Positions 38,309 to 51,439 are shown, counted from the first letter of the stretch. The stretch is DNA of 64,000 bases from an uncultured Actinomycetes bacterium (GCA_963714865.1 CAVQPR010000001.1:402474-466473), one strand, 5' to 3'. The notes: generated by a model not told the origin, from the letters alone. Translations and numbers: made by a program.

Positions 38309-39048
38309 TCCACCTCGATCTCGCCGAACGTCGCACCTTGGGCGAGATCGATCTTGCCCTCACGGTACAGCTCGAGGACCGCCAGGAAACGCACGACCAC
38401 GTGGATCCGATCCTCGCAGTCAGCCACCAGCTCGCGGAAGCTGGCGATTCGTCCCGTCAGCGCGCCGATCCGCTCCTCGAGCGTCTCCATGGCGTCGGAG
38501 ACCGTGAAACGGATCGGCGTGACGTGGGTGAGATCCAGTGTCGGCTGCGGGCGCAAGAGTACGGCGGCGACCGTCGCCAGGGTATCGGGGCTCAGGTGGG
38601 CCATCGGATCGGGGTACAGGTGCGAGTACTCGGGCCCCGGCCCGATGTCGCGCGCGAAGTAGCCGGCCTCGTCCTCCAACCTTCGCGCCACCTCGGTCGC
38701 AACCCGGCGGTACGCGGACAGCTCGAGCGCGCGCGCGTAACGCAAGTCCGGCGATCCTCCCAGCAGATCGTCCTCGTCCATCTCGGTGTGCCGTGGCATC
38801 AGCCGGCCGACCTTGAGCTCGAGCAGCACCGCGCAGATCGCCAGGAACCAGGTCGCGTCCTCCAGGTTCCACGCGTCGGCATCCGACGCATGGGCCAGGT
38901 AGGCGTCGGTGACCGCGGCGACCTGCACGTCGCACACGTCGATCTTCTGCTCCAGGATCAGCTCCGCCAAGAGGCGGAAGGGTCCGGCGAACACCGGCAG
39001 ATCGACGGCGAAGCCGCCCCCGCGCCCCTCGGTTGCCGGCGTGGTCAT
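38296..39048 (-). CDS. scpA: segregation and condensation protein A
   Basis: ScpA N-terminal motif (FAGPFRLLAELI). Confidence 0.85.
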   Translation of the reverse strand: MTTPATEGRGGGFAVDLPVFAGPFRLLAELILEQKIDVCDVQVAAVTDAYLAHASDADAWNLEDATWFLAICAVLLELKVGRLMPRHTEMDEDDLLGGSPDLRYARALELSAYRRVATEVARRLEDEAGYFARDIGPGPEYSHLYPDPMAHLSPDTLATVAAVLLRPQPTLDLTHVTPIRFTVSDAMETLEERIGALTGRIASFRELVADCEDRIHVVVRFLAVLELYREGKIDLAQGATFGEIEVEWRR

Positions 39049-40040
39049 CCGAACCGCATCGCGGCCCGGACCGCCGCGAGCGTCTCGCGGGCGAGGGGGC
39101 GCGCTCGCTCGGCGCCGTCGGCCAGAACACGCGCGGCGATGCCGGGCTCGGTTGCCAATTCGGCCCTGCGTTCCCGGTACGGACGGAAGTATTCGACGAT
39201 ATGGTCTGCCAGCAGCGATTTACAGTCGACGCAACCGAGCTCCCCGGAACGACACTCGCGCTCGACGCGCCCGACGTCATCTGGAGAGAACTTGCGATGC
39301 AGCGCGAAGACGGGACAGATCTCGGGCCGTCCCGGATCGCCTCGCCGCACTTTTTGGGGATCGGTGACGAATGAGCGGACCTTCGCGCGGACCTCGTCGG
39401 GCTCGTCGCGCACCCCGATCGAGTTGTCGAGCGACTTGGACATCTTTCGCCCGTCGCTGCCCGGGATCAGGGGCGTCTCCGACAGGAGCGCCTGCGGCTC
39501 GATGAGCGTTGGCCCGTAGAGCCGGTTGAATCTGCGTACGATCTCGCGGCTGAGCTCGAGGTGAGCGACCTGGTCCTCCCCCACGGGCACCAGCTCGCCG
39601 TGAACGATGACGATGTCGACGGTCTGGAGCACGGGGTAGCCCAACAGACCCAGGTTCGCACTGTCCCGCTCCGCCATGTCGCGCAGACGCTCCTTGTACG
39701 TGGGGACCCGCTCGAGCCAGCCGAGTGGAGTGATCATCCCCAGGAGCAGGGCCAGCTCGGCCACCTCGGGCAGGTCGGACTGCAGGTAGATCGTCGCCTT
39801 CTCCGGATCGAGCCCGGCCGCCAGGAAGTCGAGCACCAGCTCCTCGACGAACCCGGGCAGCTCGTCGGTTCGGTCGTAGTGGGTCGTGAGCATGTGCCAG
39901 TCGGCGATGAAGAAGAACGCGTCGAGCTCCTCCTGGAGACTGAGCATGTTCTCGATGTTGCCGGCCCAGTGCCCGACGTGCAGCGGCCCCGTGGGGCGAT
40001 AGCCCGTGAGGACGCGGCGCTTCCTGGTTTCGGAGGTCAC
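39045..40040 (-). CDS. trpS: tryptophanyl-tRNA synthetase
   Basis: HVGH and KMSKS motifs. Confidence 0.9.
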   Translation of the reverse strand: MTSETRKRRVLTGYRPTGPLHVGHWAGNIENMLSLQEELDAFFFIADWHMLTTHYDRTDELPGFVEELVLDFLAAGLDPEKATIYLQSDLPEVAELALLLGMITPLGWLERVPTYKERLRDMAERDSANLGLLGYPVLQTVDIVIVHGELVPVGEDQVAHLELSREIVRRFNRLYGPTLIEPQALLSETPLIPGSDGRKMSKSLDNSIGVRDEPDEVRAKVRSFVTDPQKVRRGDPGRPEICPVFALHRKFSPDDVGRVERECRSGELGCVDCKSLLADHIVEYFRPYRERRAELATEPGIAARVLADGAERARPLARETLAAVRAAMRFG

Positions 40041-40089
40041 GATGCCGCGGATGATAGCGCGGGCCCGCCCCGCCGCCGTGCAGCCGGCC

Positions 40090-40752
40090 TCACCGGATGC
40101 AAGGGGCTCCGGAGATCGAGGAGCACAGCGCGTCGACCAGCGAATACACGATCGAGTTCACGGGGCCCGCGAAGATGAACAGCAGCACGAGGACGATGAG
40201 CGGCAGGTACTGATCGAAGTTGCGGTACACCTCGGCGGGCCGCGGCGGCAGGAAGCAGGCGACGATCCGGGCGCCGTCCAGCCCGGGGATCGGGAGGAGG
40301 TGGAACACGGCGAGACACAGGTTCGTGAACAACAGCGCGTTGAGCACGAGGAACAGCTCGCCTGAGGAGACGCCCCGCAGGGCGACGCCGGCGATGATCC
40401 CCACGACCAGGTTGGCGGCCGGTCCGGCGAGCGCCGATATGACCGAGTCGCGGGTACGGCGCCTGAAGTAGTTGGGGTCGATCGGCGCGGACTTGCCATA
40501 GGCAACCGGTGGCGGACGGAACGTGGCGGTAGCCGCCCACAACACGAGGATCAGCAGTGGCACGAGGGCGCTGCCGAACGGCTCGAACCAACTCCTCGGG
40601 TTCAGCGTGAGGCGTCCCCACAGCCGGGGCGTGGGATCGCCGAGCCGCGATGCCACCCAGGCCCTGGCGTACTCCCGCGCGACCATGCCCACGAGCAGCG
40701 AGCCGCCCAGGTACGCGGCATATCGCACGCTTAGGACCGAGAAGTTGCCCAC
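40090..40752 (-). CDS. M50 (site-2 protease) family protein with a substituted HExxH motif
   Basis: M50 architecture (RLTLNPRSWFEPFG, HLLPIPGLDG), but the zinc-binding HExxH reads REYAR. Start at a GTG preceded by GAGGGAGG. Confidence 0.75.
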   Translation of the reverse strand: MGNFSVLSVRYAAYLGGSLLVGMVAREYARAWVASRLGDPTPRLWGRLTLNPRSWFEPFGSALVPLLILVLWAATATFRPPPVAYGKSAPIDPNYFRRRTRDSVISALAGPAANLVVGIIAGVALRGVSSGELFLVLNALLFTNLCLAVFHLLPIPGLDGARIVACFLPPRPAEVYRNFDQYLPLIVLVLLFIFAGPVNSIVYSLVDALCSSISGAPCIR

Positions 40753-40762
40753 CACGCCTCCC

Positions 40763-42076
40763 TCATCCGAACCAGCCGTGCACAAGCGGCGGTGACTCGA
40801 CATCCTCGTCGGTGATCGATACCGCGTCGAGCACCCGGCGGGCCGCCTCGCCCGCGGCGTCCTCATCTCGAGCGTGGATCTCGCCCACGTACTGTCCGGA
40901 CGCGACCCGGTCGGAGATCTTGGCGCGGAGCACGACGCCCACCGCGGGGTCGATCGGATCGCCCTTGTGGAGCCGCCCGGCGCCCAAGAGCACGCCCGCA
41001 GATCCGATCGCCTCGGCGTCCATGGCGGCCACGACGCCATCGCGATCCACGACGAGCGGCGAGACGACCGGCGCCACGGGCAGGACCGCCCACGGGTCCT
41101 CGACCACCCGCGGATCGCCCCCTTGGGCGGCGACCATCGCGCCGAACCGCTCGAGGGCGCTGCCGTCGTCGATCGCGCCCTCGGCGCGCTCGAGGGCGAC
41201 CTGCATCTCCAGTCCCAGCGCGTTCGCGGCCCCTTCGGCAGCGAACAGCACCGCGAGCTCACGGAGCCGGCCTCGGTGACGGCCCGACAGGAGCTCGACC
41301 GCCTCGGCGACATCCAAGGCATTCCCCACGGCATCGCCGAGCGGCTGCGACATGTCGGTGACGGCGACGCGTGCCGGCCTCCCCCACCCTCGAGCCAGCT
41401 CGAGGCAGGCGTCGGCGAGCTCGCGGGCCGTATCGACGGTCTTCATGAACGCCCCGGAGCCTGCCTTCACGTCAAGCAGGATGAGATCCGTGGCGACCGC
41501 CAGCTTCTTCGACATCACGCTCGCAGCGATCAGCGGGATCGAGGGCACCGTTGCGGTGGCGTCGCGAAGGGCGTAGAGCGCCCCGTCGGCCGGCACGAGA
41601 TTGGCGGACTGGGCGGCCACCGCACATCCGATCTCGCCCACCTGCCGCTCGATCTCGAAGGCGGACAGATCGGTCCGCAGACCCGGGATCGACTCGAGCT
41701 TGTCGAGGGTTCCGCCCGTATGGCCGAGACCGCGGCCCGACAGCTTCGCCACGCCCATCCCGAGGGTCGCGGCCAGCGGTGCGAAGGCGAGCGTCACGCC
41801 GTCGGCCACGCCGCCCGTGGAATGCTTATCGACCGTCGGCAAGGGCAGCCCGGAGAACTCCACGACGTCACCGGAGGCGATCATCGCCCGGGTCATCGCG
41901 AGGGTCTCCGCCGCATCGAGGCCGTTCAGTACGGCCGCCATCAGGAACGCCGCGGCCAACGAATCGTCGATGTCACCCGCCGTATACCCCTCGATGAAGG
42001 CCGCCACCTCTCGTGGAGCCAGCGTCTCGCCATCCCGCTTCCTCGCGACGATGGCGCGGGGATCCATCAGGGTCAT
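40763..42076 (-). CDS. deoA: thymidine phosphorylase
   Basis: TGGVADGVTLA / SGRGLGHTGGTLDKL signature. GGAGG RBS. Confidence 0.9.
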   Translation of the reverse strand: MTLMDPRAIVARKRDGETLAPREVAAFIEGYTAGDIDDSLAAAFLMAAVLNGLDAAETLAMTRAMIASGDVVEFSGLPLPTVDKHSTGGVADGVTLAFAPLAATLGMGVAKLSGRGLGHTGGTLDKLESIPGLRTDLSAFEIERQVGEIGCAVAAQSANLVPADGALYALRDATATVPSIPLIAASVMSKKLAVATDLILLDVKAGSGAFMKTVDTARELADACLELARGWGRPARVAVTDMSQPLGDAVGNALDVAEAVELLSGRHRGRLRELAVLFAAEGAANALGLEMQVALERAEGAIDDGSALERFGAMVAAQGGDPRVVEDPWAVLPVAPVVSPLVVDRDGVVAAMDAEAIGSAGVLLGAGRLHKGDPIDPAVGVVLRAKISDRVASGQYVGEIHARDEDAAGEAARRVLDAVSITDEDVESPPLVHGWFG

Positions 42077-42197
42077 CGAGGTCCTCCCGGGAACCTCAGG
42101 GTCGCATCCATCCCGGTCTCCACTCGACATCGATGGTTACGGCTGCGGCAGCCAGCGACAACTATCGACCCCCACTCGAGGTCATGCGAACCCTCCA

Positions 42198-43373
42198 TCA
42201 GAACCCAAGCTCCCGTGTGAAGCTCACGCCGGGGCCCACCGAGACTCCCAGCAGATCCGCCACCGTTGCTCCGAGGTCCTCGAACCCGTCGCGGGTCCCG
42301 ATGGCGGCAGCCGGGCCCTCGAGACCGGCGACGAGCAGGGGGGTTCGCTCGCGCGTGTGATCCGTTGAGTCCTCGATCGTCGGATCGCAGCCGTGGTCAC
42401 CGGTGATGAGCAGCACGCCGCCGTCGAGCGCTTCGATCACCGACCCAAGGCGCCGGTCGAACGCCTCGATCGCGCCCGCATAACCTTCGGGATCATTGCG
42501 GTGCCCGTACTTCGAATCGAAGTCCACCAGGTTCGTGAACACGAACGAGGGGCCCGGCCGCTTCATGAACGACAGCGTCAGGTCGACGCCGTGGTCGTTC
42601 GAGTCCGAGTACCGAGACTCGGTCAGCCCCTGACCGCAGAAGATGTCCCCGATCTTGCCGACCCCGTAGACCGGGATGCCGGCGTCCTGCACTGCCTCGA
42701 GCACGGTCGGGCCGGGCGGCGGGACCGAGAAGTCGCGACGCTCGGCACTGCGCACGAAGGCGCCCACGGGACCCTCGAACGGACGCGCGATCACTCGTCC
42801 CACGGCGTGAGGCCCCACGAGCAGGCGACGGGCGATCCTGCACCACTCGTAGAGCGTCGCGAGGGCGACCCTGTCCTTGTGAGCCGCCACCTGGAAGACC
42901 GAGTCGCCGCTCGTGTACACGATCGGTCGCCCGGACTCCAGGTGGATCGCCCCGAGCCTCTCGATGATCTCGGTCCCCGACGCAGGTTCGTTCCCGAGCG
43001 CGGTCGCGCCCACTGCAGCCTCGAACGGTTCCATGATCTCCGGCGGGAAGCCGGCGGGGTACAGGGGGAACGGCTCGTCGAGCCGCAGCCCCATCATCTC
43101 CCAGTGCCCCGTGGTTGTGTCCTTGCCCGCAGAGCGCTCCGTGGCCCGTCCGCTGGCCGTGCCGTCGACCGCCCATGCTCCGATCCCGACGATCTCGGTC
43201 AGGAGCCCGAGCCCAAGCCCCTCCAGGGTTGGGGCGCGGAGCCCGCCCGTCGTCCGGGCGACGTGTCCGAGCGTGTTCGAGCCGGCGTCCCCGTACCGTT
43301 CGGCATCGGGCGCATCCCCGACCCCCCAGGAGTCACAGACGATGACGACGACGCGAGGGACCTTGGTCGTCAT
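42198..43373 (-). CDS. deoB: phosphopentomutase
   Basis: VVVIVCDSWGVGD metal-binding N-terminus, then GHWEMMG. Confidence 0.9.
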   Translation of the reverse strand: MTTKVPRVVVIVCDSWGVGDAPDAERYGDAGSNTLGHVARTTGGLRAPTLEGLGLGLLTEIVGIGAWAVDGTASGRATERSAGKDTTTGHWEMMGLRLDEPFPLYPAGFPPEIMEPFEAAVGATALGNEPASGTEIIERLGAIHLESGRPIVYTSGDSVFQVAAHKDRVALATLYEWCRIARRLLVGPHAVGRVIARPFEGPVGAFVRSAERRDFSVPPPGPTVLEAVQDAGIPVYGVGKIGDIFCGQGLTESRYSDSNDHGVDLTLSFMKRPGPSFVFTNLVDFDSKYGHRNDPEGYAGAIEAFDRRLGSVIEALDGGVLLITGDHGCDPTIEDSTDHTRERTPLLVAGLEGPAAAIGTRDGFEDLGATVADLLGVSVGPGVSFTRELGF

Positions 43374-43717
43374 CGAGAGGCCGTCTTCTGTTTGCAATCG
43401 ATACACATCGTCGCCCACGGCAGCGCCTCGAGTCGCTCGGGGTCGATCCGACGGCCGCATCGCTCGCATGCTCCGTACGTGCCGTCGTCAAGGCGGGCCA
43501 GGGCTCGGTCGACCTCGTCGAGGTTCGACCGTAGCGCCTGTACGAGCGAGATCAGGCGGGAACGCTCCTCGGTCGAGTGCGATCGGTCAGAGAAGCCTGC
43601 ATCGTCGCTGAACGTGAGATCGTCGACGTCGGGATCGGCCCCCTGTTCCTCGATCTCGCCGCGCAGGTTCGCGCGCTGCGCTTCCAGCGCCCTGCGGGCC
43701 TGCCCCTCATCCGTCAT
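43370..43717 (-). CDS. DksA/TraR-family C4 zinc-finger protein
   Basis: C-terminal [25 protein letters not shown]. Confidence 0.8.
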   Translation of the reverse strand: MTDEGQARRALEAQRANLRGEIEEQGADPDVDDLTFSDDAGFSDRSHSTEERSRLISLVQALRSNLDEVDRALARLDDGTYGACERCGRRIDPERLEALPWATMCIDCKQKTASR

Positions 43718-44661
43718 GTCGTTCCCTCCACCGTGCCACCACGGGCGCGAGGGTGGGACGTGAGGTACACCTCGCGCAGGTGTTCGTCGGTCACCAGCGT
43801 GTAGATCTGGGTCGTCGCCACACTCGCATGGCCCAGGAGTTCCTGCACCACGCGGACGTCGGCCCCGCCCTCGAGCAGATGTGTCGCGAACGAGTGTCGC
43901 AGGGTGTGCGGGGTCACGCGCGCCTGGATGCCGGCGAGCCTCGCGTGGTTGGCGATGAGCCGGTTGGCGCTTTGGCGGGTCAGGCGCCCTCCCCTGCTGT
44001 TGAGGAACAGCGCCCCGCGGGTCGTCGGCCCCGCCAGCTCCGGGCGCGCCCGCGACAGATAGGCCTCCGCCGCCGCTCGGGCGTATCCGCCCAGCGGTAC
44101 CTCGCGCTCCTTTCCCCCTTTGCCCAAGACACGCACCGTCGCCCCTTCCGTCTCGATGTCGTCGACGTCGAGCGCGGTCAGCTCTGAGATGCGCAGCCCG
44201 GCCCCGTACAAGATCTCGAGGATCGCCCGATCGCGGATCCCCGTCACGGTATCCTCGTCCGGCGCGTCGATGAGGCGCAGTACCTCCTCGACCGAGATGG
44301 GATGAGGCAGGGCGCGCGGCAGCTTCGGACGAGCCACGCTCGCTGCAGGATCGCGGTCCGTGACCCCTTCACGAAGCAGGAACCGGTGGAACGACCGGAC
44401 GCTGGACAACGCGCGGGCCACCGTGGTCGGCCGGTACGGACGCTCGTCAGGACCATGGGTCGAAGCGGACACCGCTGCCACGAACGCCCGGATCACCCGT
44501 TCGTCGACCTGAGAGGCCCGTGAGACGCCCCGCGAGCCCAGGAACTTCACGTAGCGGGTCAGGTCGCGCCGATAGGCACCTAGCGTGTGGTCGGATAGGC
44601 CCCGCTCCACCACGAGGTGATCCAGGTACCTGCCGACCTCCACTGCGAGGGTCTCGGCCAC
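43714..44661 (-). CDS. xerD: tyrosine recombinase XerD
   Basis: Catalytic [12 protein letters not shown]...[13 protein letters not shown]. Start at a GTG preceded by GGAGGG. Confidence 0.85.
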   Translation of the reverse strand: MAETLAVEVGRYLDHLVVERGLSDHTLGAYRRDLTRYVKFLGSRGVSRASQVDERVIRAFVAAVSASTHGPDERPYRPTTVARALSSVRSFHRFLLREGVTDRDPAASVARPKLPRALPHPISVEEVLRLIDAPDEDTVTGIRDRAILEILYGAGLRISELTALDVDDIETEGATVRVLGKGGKEREVPLGGYARAAAEAYLSRARPELAGPTTRGALFLNSRGGRLTRQSANRLIANHARLAGIQARVTPHTLRHSFATHLLEGGADVRVVQELLGHASVATTQIYTLVTDEHLREVYLTSHPRARGGTVEGTT

Positions 44662-44671
44662 CGGCCCTCCC

Positions 44672-45797
44672 TCAGGCCGTGTCCCCGAGGAGCTCGCCGA
44701 GCGGCACGAACGGCAAGCCGTGAGCGCCGGCGACACCCTCGTTGGTCAGCGCCCCGTCCCAGACATTGACCCCCGTGGCGAGCGCGGGATCGGAGGCGAC
44801 CGACGCGACCGCGCCCTTCCCGGCGACGGCGAGCACATAAGGCCACGTCGCGTTCGTGAGCGCGTAGGTCGAGGTACGAGGCACGGCTCCGGGCATGTTC
44901 CCGACGCAGTAGTGGACCACGTCGTCCACGACGTAGGTCGGCTCGGAGTGAGTGGTCATCCGGGACGTCTCGAAACACCCACCCTGGTCGATCGAGATGT
45001 CGACGAGCACGGAGCCCGGCTGCATCCGTGACACGAGTTCGGCGCTCACGAGCCGTGGGGCCTTCGCGCCGGGGATGAGGACGGCGCCGATCACGAGGTC
45101 GGCGCCCAGCACGAGTCGTTCGATCGCCAGCGAGGAGCCAGCCACCGTCTGGATCCGCCCGTGCCACACGCGATCGATCTCCCGCAACCGGTCGATGTTG
45201 CGATCGACGACCGTGACCTCCGCCTCCATGCCGGCCGCGATCTGCGCGGCGTTGCCCCCCGCCATTCCGGCGCCGAGCACCACGACCCGCGCCGGGGCCA
45301 CACCGGACGCGCCGCCCATCAGGACCCCGCGCCCGCCGCGCGGGCGCTCGAGTGCCGACGCGCCTTCCTGCGGCGCCATCCGACCCGCGATCTCCGACAT
45401 CGGGGCGAGCAACGGGAGTCGCCCGTCGGCAAGCTGGACCGTCTCGTAGGCGATCGCTCGGACCTCGCGCTCGACGAAGGAACCGCGTGAGCTCCGGGTC
45501 GGCGGCGAGATGCAGATATGTGAACAGGGTCTGTCCGGTCCGGAATCGCTCGTACTCGACGGCCTGTGGCTCCTTGACCTTCACGATCATGTCGGCCTCG
45601 GCGAAGACGCCGGCGGCGTCGGGCGCGATCCGGCCTCCCGCGTGCACGAAGTCGATATCGGCCACGGCCGACCCGAGCCCGGCGCCCGCCTCAACGATCA
45701 CGTCGTGACCGGCGGCCACCGCCTCGCGCACGCCCTCCGGCGTTCCGGCCACCCGGTGCTCGTGGTCCTTGACTTCTTTGGGGATCCCGATGATCAC
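44672..45797 (-). CDS. ald: alanine dehydrogenase, frameshifted near 45450-45490
   Basis: The N-terminal 100 aa ([23 protein letters not shown]...) sit in one frame and the remainder ([12 protein letters not shown]...) in another. Probable sequencing indel. Confidence 0.75.
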
Positions 45798-45837
45798 GGG
45801 AGCCGGCTCCCTCTACGAGGACTCATCGGGCGCAAGC

Positions 45838-46389
45838 CTACTGAACGTGTCCGGGGGCGGACCCCTGGTCCGTCGTCGGGAGCGGCGGTCGACCCGATGC
45901 CAGCAGCAACGCGAGCGCCGTTTTCGCATCGCGGACCCGACCGGACCGCGCCGCATCGATCATCCTCTCCAACGGCTCGCGGATGATCTCGATGCCCGGC
46001 TCCGGAGCAGACAGGGGATCGGGGCCGGTGCGCGCCCAGAACAGGTGCACGTACTCGTCCGAGCTCCCCGAGCTCGTGTGGACACCCCCGAGGAATTCGA
46101 TGGCGACAGGTGCGTATCCGGTCTCCTCGTTCAGCTCCCGTGCCGCACAGGTCAGGGCGTCTTCCCCCTCCACGTCGAGGAGGCCGGCCGGGACCTCCGT
46201 CGTGACCTGGCGGATAGCCGGCCGGAACTGTCGAACCAGCACCACGTCGTTCTCGGGAGTCACCGGCAACACCGCCGAGGCGCCCGGGTGCCGCATGACC
46301 TCGTACAGCCCGATGCCGTCCCAGTGCTCGACATCGATCGAGAGGAAGCGACCCTGGAACGCCCGCTCGCTCGCCCGGGGCCCGGGCAC
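45838..46389 (-). CDS. NUDIX hydrolase (ADP-ribose pyrophosphatase-like)
   Basis: Nudix box (AARELNEETGY). Start at a GTG directly after the pyrG stop. Confidence 0.75.
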   Translation of the reverse strand: MPGPRASERAFQGRFLSIDVEHWDGIGLYEVMRHPGASAVLPVTPENDVVLVRQFRPAIRQVTTEVPAGLLDVEGEDALTCAARELNEETGYAPVAIEFLGGVHTSSGSSDEYVHLFWARTGPDPLSAPEPGIEIIREPLERMIDAARSGRVRDAKTALALLLASGRPPLPTTDQGSAPGHVQ

Positions 46390-46393
46390 CGGC

Positions 46394-48040
<1,647 letters not shown>

Positions 48041-48094
48041 GAGCCGACTCTATCAGAGGCCACCGACGGACTCGGGCGGTTCGGGTCGCGAACT

Positions 48095-49809
48095 TCACGG
48101 ATCTCGCTCGTAGCCCGCCCGAGGTCCTAGGTGGCGGCCTTCACCTTCCGCGCCTCGGTGAGCAGCTCCTCGGCATGCGAGACCCCGCTCTGAGCTCTCG
48201 TCGAGACCTGCGAGCATGCGTGACAGCTCCCGGATCCGGTCGTCGTCGTCGAGGACCTCGACCTGCGCCGTGCCGTTCGACTTCGTCACCAGCACGTGGC
48301 GATCCGCGAAGCACGCGATCTGCGGCAGGTGGGTCACGACGAGCACCTGACGCGTGGCTGCCAAGCGTGCCAGTCGGCGCCCCACCGCCAGTCCCGCCCG
48401 TCCTCCGATACCCGCGTCGACCTCGTCGAACACCAGGGTGGGGATCGCGTCGAGGTCGGCAAGAACGCTGCGACACGCGAGCATCGTGCGGGAGAGCTCT
48501 CCGCCCGAGGCGGCGACGGTGAGCCGGCGGGGAGGCTGTTGCGGTCCAGCCGCGAGGAGCAGGACCGCCTGCTCGGCCCCGTTCGCCCCCACGGCGGCGG
48601 AGGCCTCGAGCTCCACCTCGACGTGCGCCCCCGCCATGCCGAGCTCCTCGAGCTCGGCGGTGAGCGCCCTCGAGAGTTCTGGGGCCGCCGCCGCTCGGCC
48701 CGCGGACACGCGATCGGCGACGGCTCGGAGCGCTCCCGCGAGCTCGGCCTCCTCGGCCTCCAGCTCGGCGAGTCGTTCATCCGCGGCCTCGAGGTCGGCC
48801 AGGCGCGCCGACGAGTCGGCCAGGAACGCCAACACGTCCGCATCGCTGTCGCCGTACTTGCGTCGAAGGGTGTGCAGGGTCGCGATCCGGTCGCGGATCT
48901 CGGCGAGTCGTGCGGGATCCGCGACGAGTGTCTCGCCGTAGTCTCGGAGGTCCCGTCCGAGCTCGGCTACCTCGGCCGCGGTCGCGCGGGCCCGTTCCGC
49001 GAACTCGCGCGCGGCCGGGTCGAGCTCCGAGGTCTCGCCCAATGTCGCCGCCGCGAGACTCAGGCGGTCCGCTCCCCCACCATCCCCGGTGAGTGCCTCG
49101 GCGGCCGACCCGGCGGATCTCGGCGAGCCGCTCGATGTGCCCGAGGCGCGCCTCCTCGGCCCCGAGCCGCTCCAGCTCCCCTTCGTCGAGGCCGACCGCC
49201 TCGATCTCGCGCACCTGATAGGCGAGGAGGTCGATCTCGCGCTCGCGTTCCCGGATGGATGAACGGAGGCGTTCCAAGGCGATCGATGTGTCGCGCCAAT
49301 GGTCGTGAGCCTCTCGGCACGATGCCACCGCCGCGAGCTGCCCCGCACCTGCGGATCGGTCGAGGAAGTCCGTCTGCATGTCGGCGCGCATCAGACGCTG
49401 GGCCTGGTGCTGGCCGTGGACCTCCAGCAGGACGTCGCCGAGGCCCGCGAGCGAGGTTGCGGTGGCCATCTGTCGGCCGATACGCGCTGCGCTCTTCCCG
49501 TCGGCCCGCACGGTCCGGGCAAGGATGACCTCGCCGTCTTCAGCCCAGTCCTCGGCGCCGGCCGGCGCGTCGAACCGCGCCTGGACCCGAGCAGCCTCGG
49601 CCCCCGGCGCGGACGAGCGAGGCGCTCGCGCGCGCGCCGGTCGCAAGCGTCAGCCCGACGGTGATCATCGTCTTGCCCGCGCCGGTCTCGCCCGTCAGGA
49701 CGGTGAGTCCGGGATGGACCTCGAGGTCGAGGTCGTCGATGACTCCCAGGTCGCTGATGTGCAGCTCGCGGAGCACTGCGCGGAGCCTAGCGGCCGTCGC
49801 CGACATCAC
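48095..49809 (-). CDS. recN: DNA repair protein RecN, spread across three frames (shifts near 49620 and near 49090)
   Basis: Walker A (GETGAGKTMI) in ORF 49540..49809, the coiled-coil middle in ORF 48777..49646, and the signature and Walker B (GGELSRTMLA...LVFDEVDAGIGG) in ORF 48095..49348. Confidence 0.8.
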
Positions 49810-50639
49810 GGCTCCGAACCGTCCCGACCCGGGAGGCCGAACTTCCCACGAACCAGCGTCAGGAACGCCGGTGCGTCGTCGCGGCGCACGAGGCGGGCCG
49901 GGCGCGACGAGGCGCGGATCTGCACCGCCGTGCCGACCGGCAGCTCGATGCTGCGGCGCCCATCGGCCGACAATATGCCGCTCTCCTCACCCTCGACGGT
50001 CAGACGGGCGACGCTGCCAGGTGCGAGCACGAACGAGCGATCGAACACCATGTGAGGCGCGATCGGAGTGAGCACGAGGCAGCCGACGCCGGGGTCGACG
50101 ATCGGGCCGCGCGCCGAGAACGAGTAGGCGGTGGAGCCCGTCGGCGTGGCCACGATCACGCCGTCGGCCGAGAACGTCGTGACGTAGCGGCCGTCGACCT
50201 CGACCGCCAGGCGGATGAGGCGGTGGCGGGCTCGCTTCTCCACCATGACCTCGTTGAGTCCCCACTGCGCGGCGAAGGCCACGCCTTCGATCGCCTCGGC
50301 CGTGAGCGCAAGGCGCTCCTCGATCCGGGCTGACCCCGCCAAGACCGCTTGGATCAGCTCGGGGGCTTCCTCCGGCTCGACTTCGGTGAGGAACCCAAGG
50401 CGCCCCACCTTCACGCCGAGGACCGGGCAGCCGAGCTCGCTTGCCGCCTGGGCCGCGCGCAGGAAGGTGCCGTCTCCTCCGATAGATACGACGAGGTCGA
50501 CCGTTCCCGGGTCTCCGAATGGCGGCTGGTCGGGGACGTCGGTTGTCGTCACCTGGGGAGCGAGCCGCCCGCGAACCAGCTCGGCCGCGGCCGAGGCCGC
50601 CGCTCGGCGCGGATGCACAACGAGCCCCACCACGCTCAT
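49806..50639 (-). CDS. ppnK: NAD kinase
   Basis: GGDGT motif. Start at MSVVGLVVHP. Confidence 0.85.
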   Translation of the reverse strand: MSVVGLVVHPRRAAASAAAELVRGRLAPQVTTTDVPDQPPFGDPGTVDLVVSIGGDGTFLRAAQAASELGCPVLGVKVGRLGFLTEVEPEEAPELIQAVLAGSARIEERLALTAEAIEGVAFAAQWGLNEVMVEKRARHRLIRLAVEVDGRYVTTFSADGVIVATPTGSTAYSFSARGPIVDPGVGCLVLTPIAPHMVFDRSFVLAPGSVARLTVEGEESGILSADGRRSIELPVGTAVQIRASSRPARLVRRDDAPAFLTLVRGKFGLPGRDGSEP

Positions 50640-51436
50640 CGGCGCAACTCCTCGGCCTCCGCGATCGCCACGCTGACATCGAGCGGGCTCTCGGCGTGGG
50701 CGTCGGCGCGCTGGCACCACATCAAGAACTCGACGTTGCCCGCGGGTCCGAGCAGCGGCGAGGCCATCACGTCGCGGGGCGGGAGTCCTCGCCCACTGAA
50801 CCCACCCGCGATCTCATGCAGCACTCGCTCCCAGGTCGCGGCGTCGGTTACCACGCCCCCCCTGCCCACCTCGGCTGCCCCGGCCTCGAACTGGGGCTTC
50901 ACGAGCACCACGAAGGCCGCATCGTCCGCGCCGGCGAGCGCGAGCGCACCGAGCACTAGCCGAAGCGAGATGAACGACAGATCCGCGACGACGACCCCGG
51001 GGCGGGCCGGCAACTGGTCGGCTCGCAGGTCGCGCACGTTGGTGCGCTCCATCACGACGACGCGCGGGTCGTTGCGCAACCGCCACGCCAGTTGCCCGTA
51101 CCCGACGTCGACGGCCGTCACCCTGGCCGCTCCGGCCTGGAGCAAGCAGTCGGTGAATCCCCCGGTCGAGGCCCCTGCATCGAGACATTCGGCTCCGTCG
51201 ACGGCGATCGCGAACCGATCGAGGGCGGCCCGCAGCTTGTCGCCGCCGCGCGACACGAATCGACGAGCGGGGCCAGCGAGCGCGAGCGCCACGTCGTCGG
51301 CCACCATCGTCGCCGTCTTGAGCGCCGGCGATCCCGCGATCGTCACCAGCCCCGCCTCGACCGCGACCTTGGCCTCGGACCGGCTGGTCACCAACCCGCG
51401 GCGCACGAGTTCGGTGTCCAGGCGCCGGCGCGGCAC
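50636..51436 (-). CDS. tlyA: TlyA-family rRNA 2'-O-methyltransferase / hemolysin
   Basis: S4 domain and an FtsJ-like methyltransferase domain (LDAGASTGGFTDCLL). Confidence 0.85.
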   Translation of the reverse strand: MPRRRLDTELVRRGLVTSRSEAKVAVEAGLVTIAGSPALKTATMVADDVALALAGPARRFVSRGGDKLRAALDRFAIAVDGAECLDAGASTGGFTDCLLQAGAARVTAVDVGYGQLAWRLRNDPRVVVMERTNVRDLRADQLPARPGVVVADLSFISLRLVLGALALAGADDAAFVVLVKPQFEAGAAEVGRGGVVTDAATWERVLHEIAGGFSGRGLPPRDVMASPLLGPAGNVEFLMWCQRADAHAESPLDVSVAIAEAEELRR

Positions 51437-51439
51437 GGG

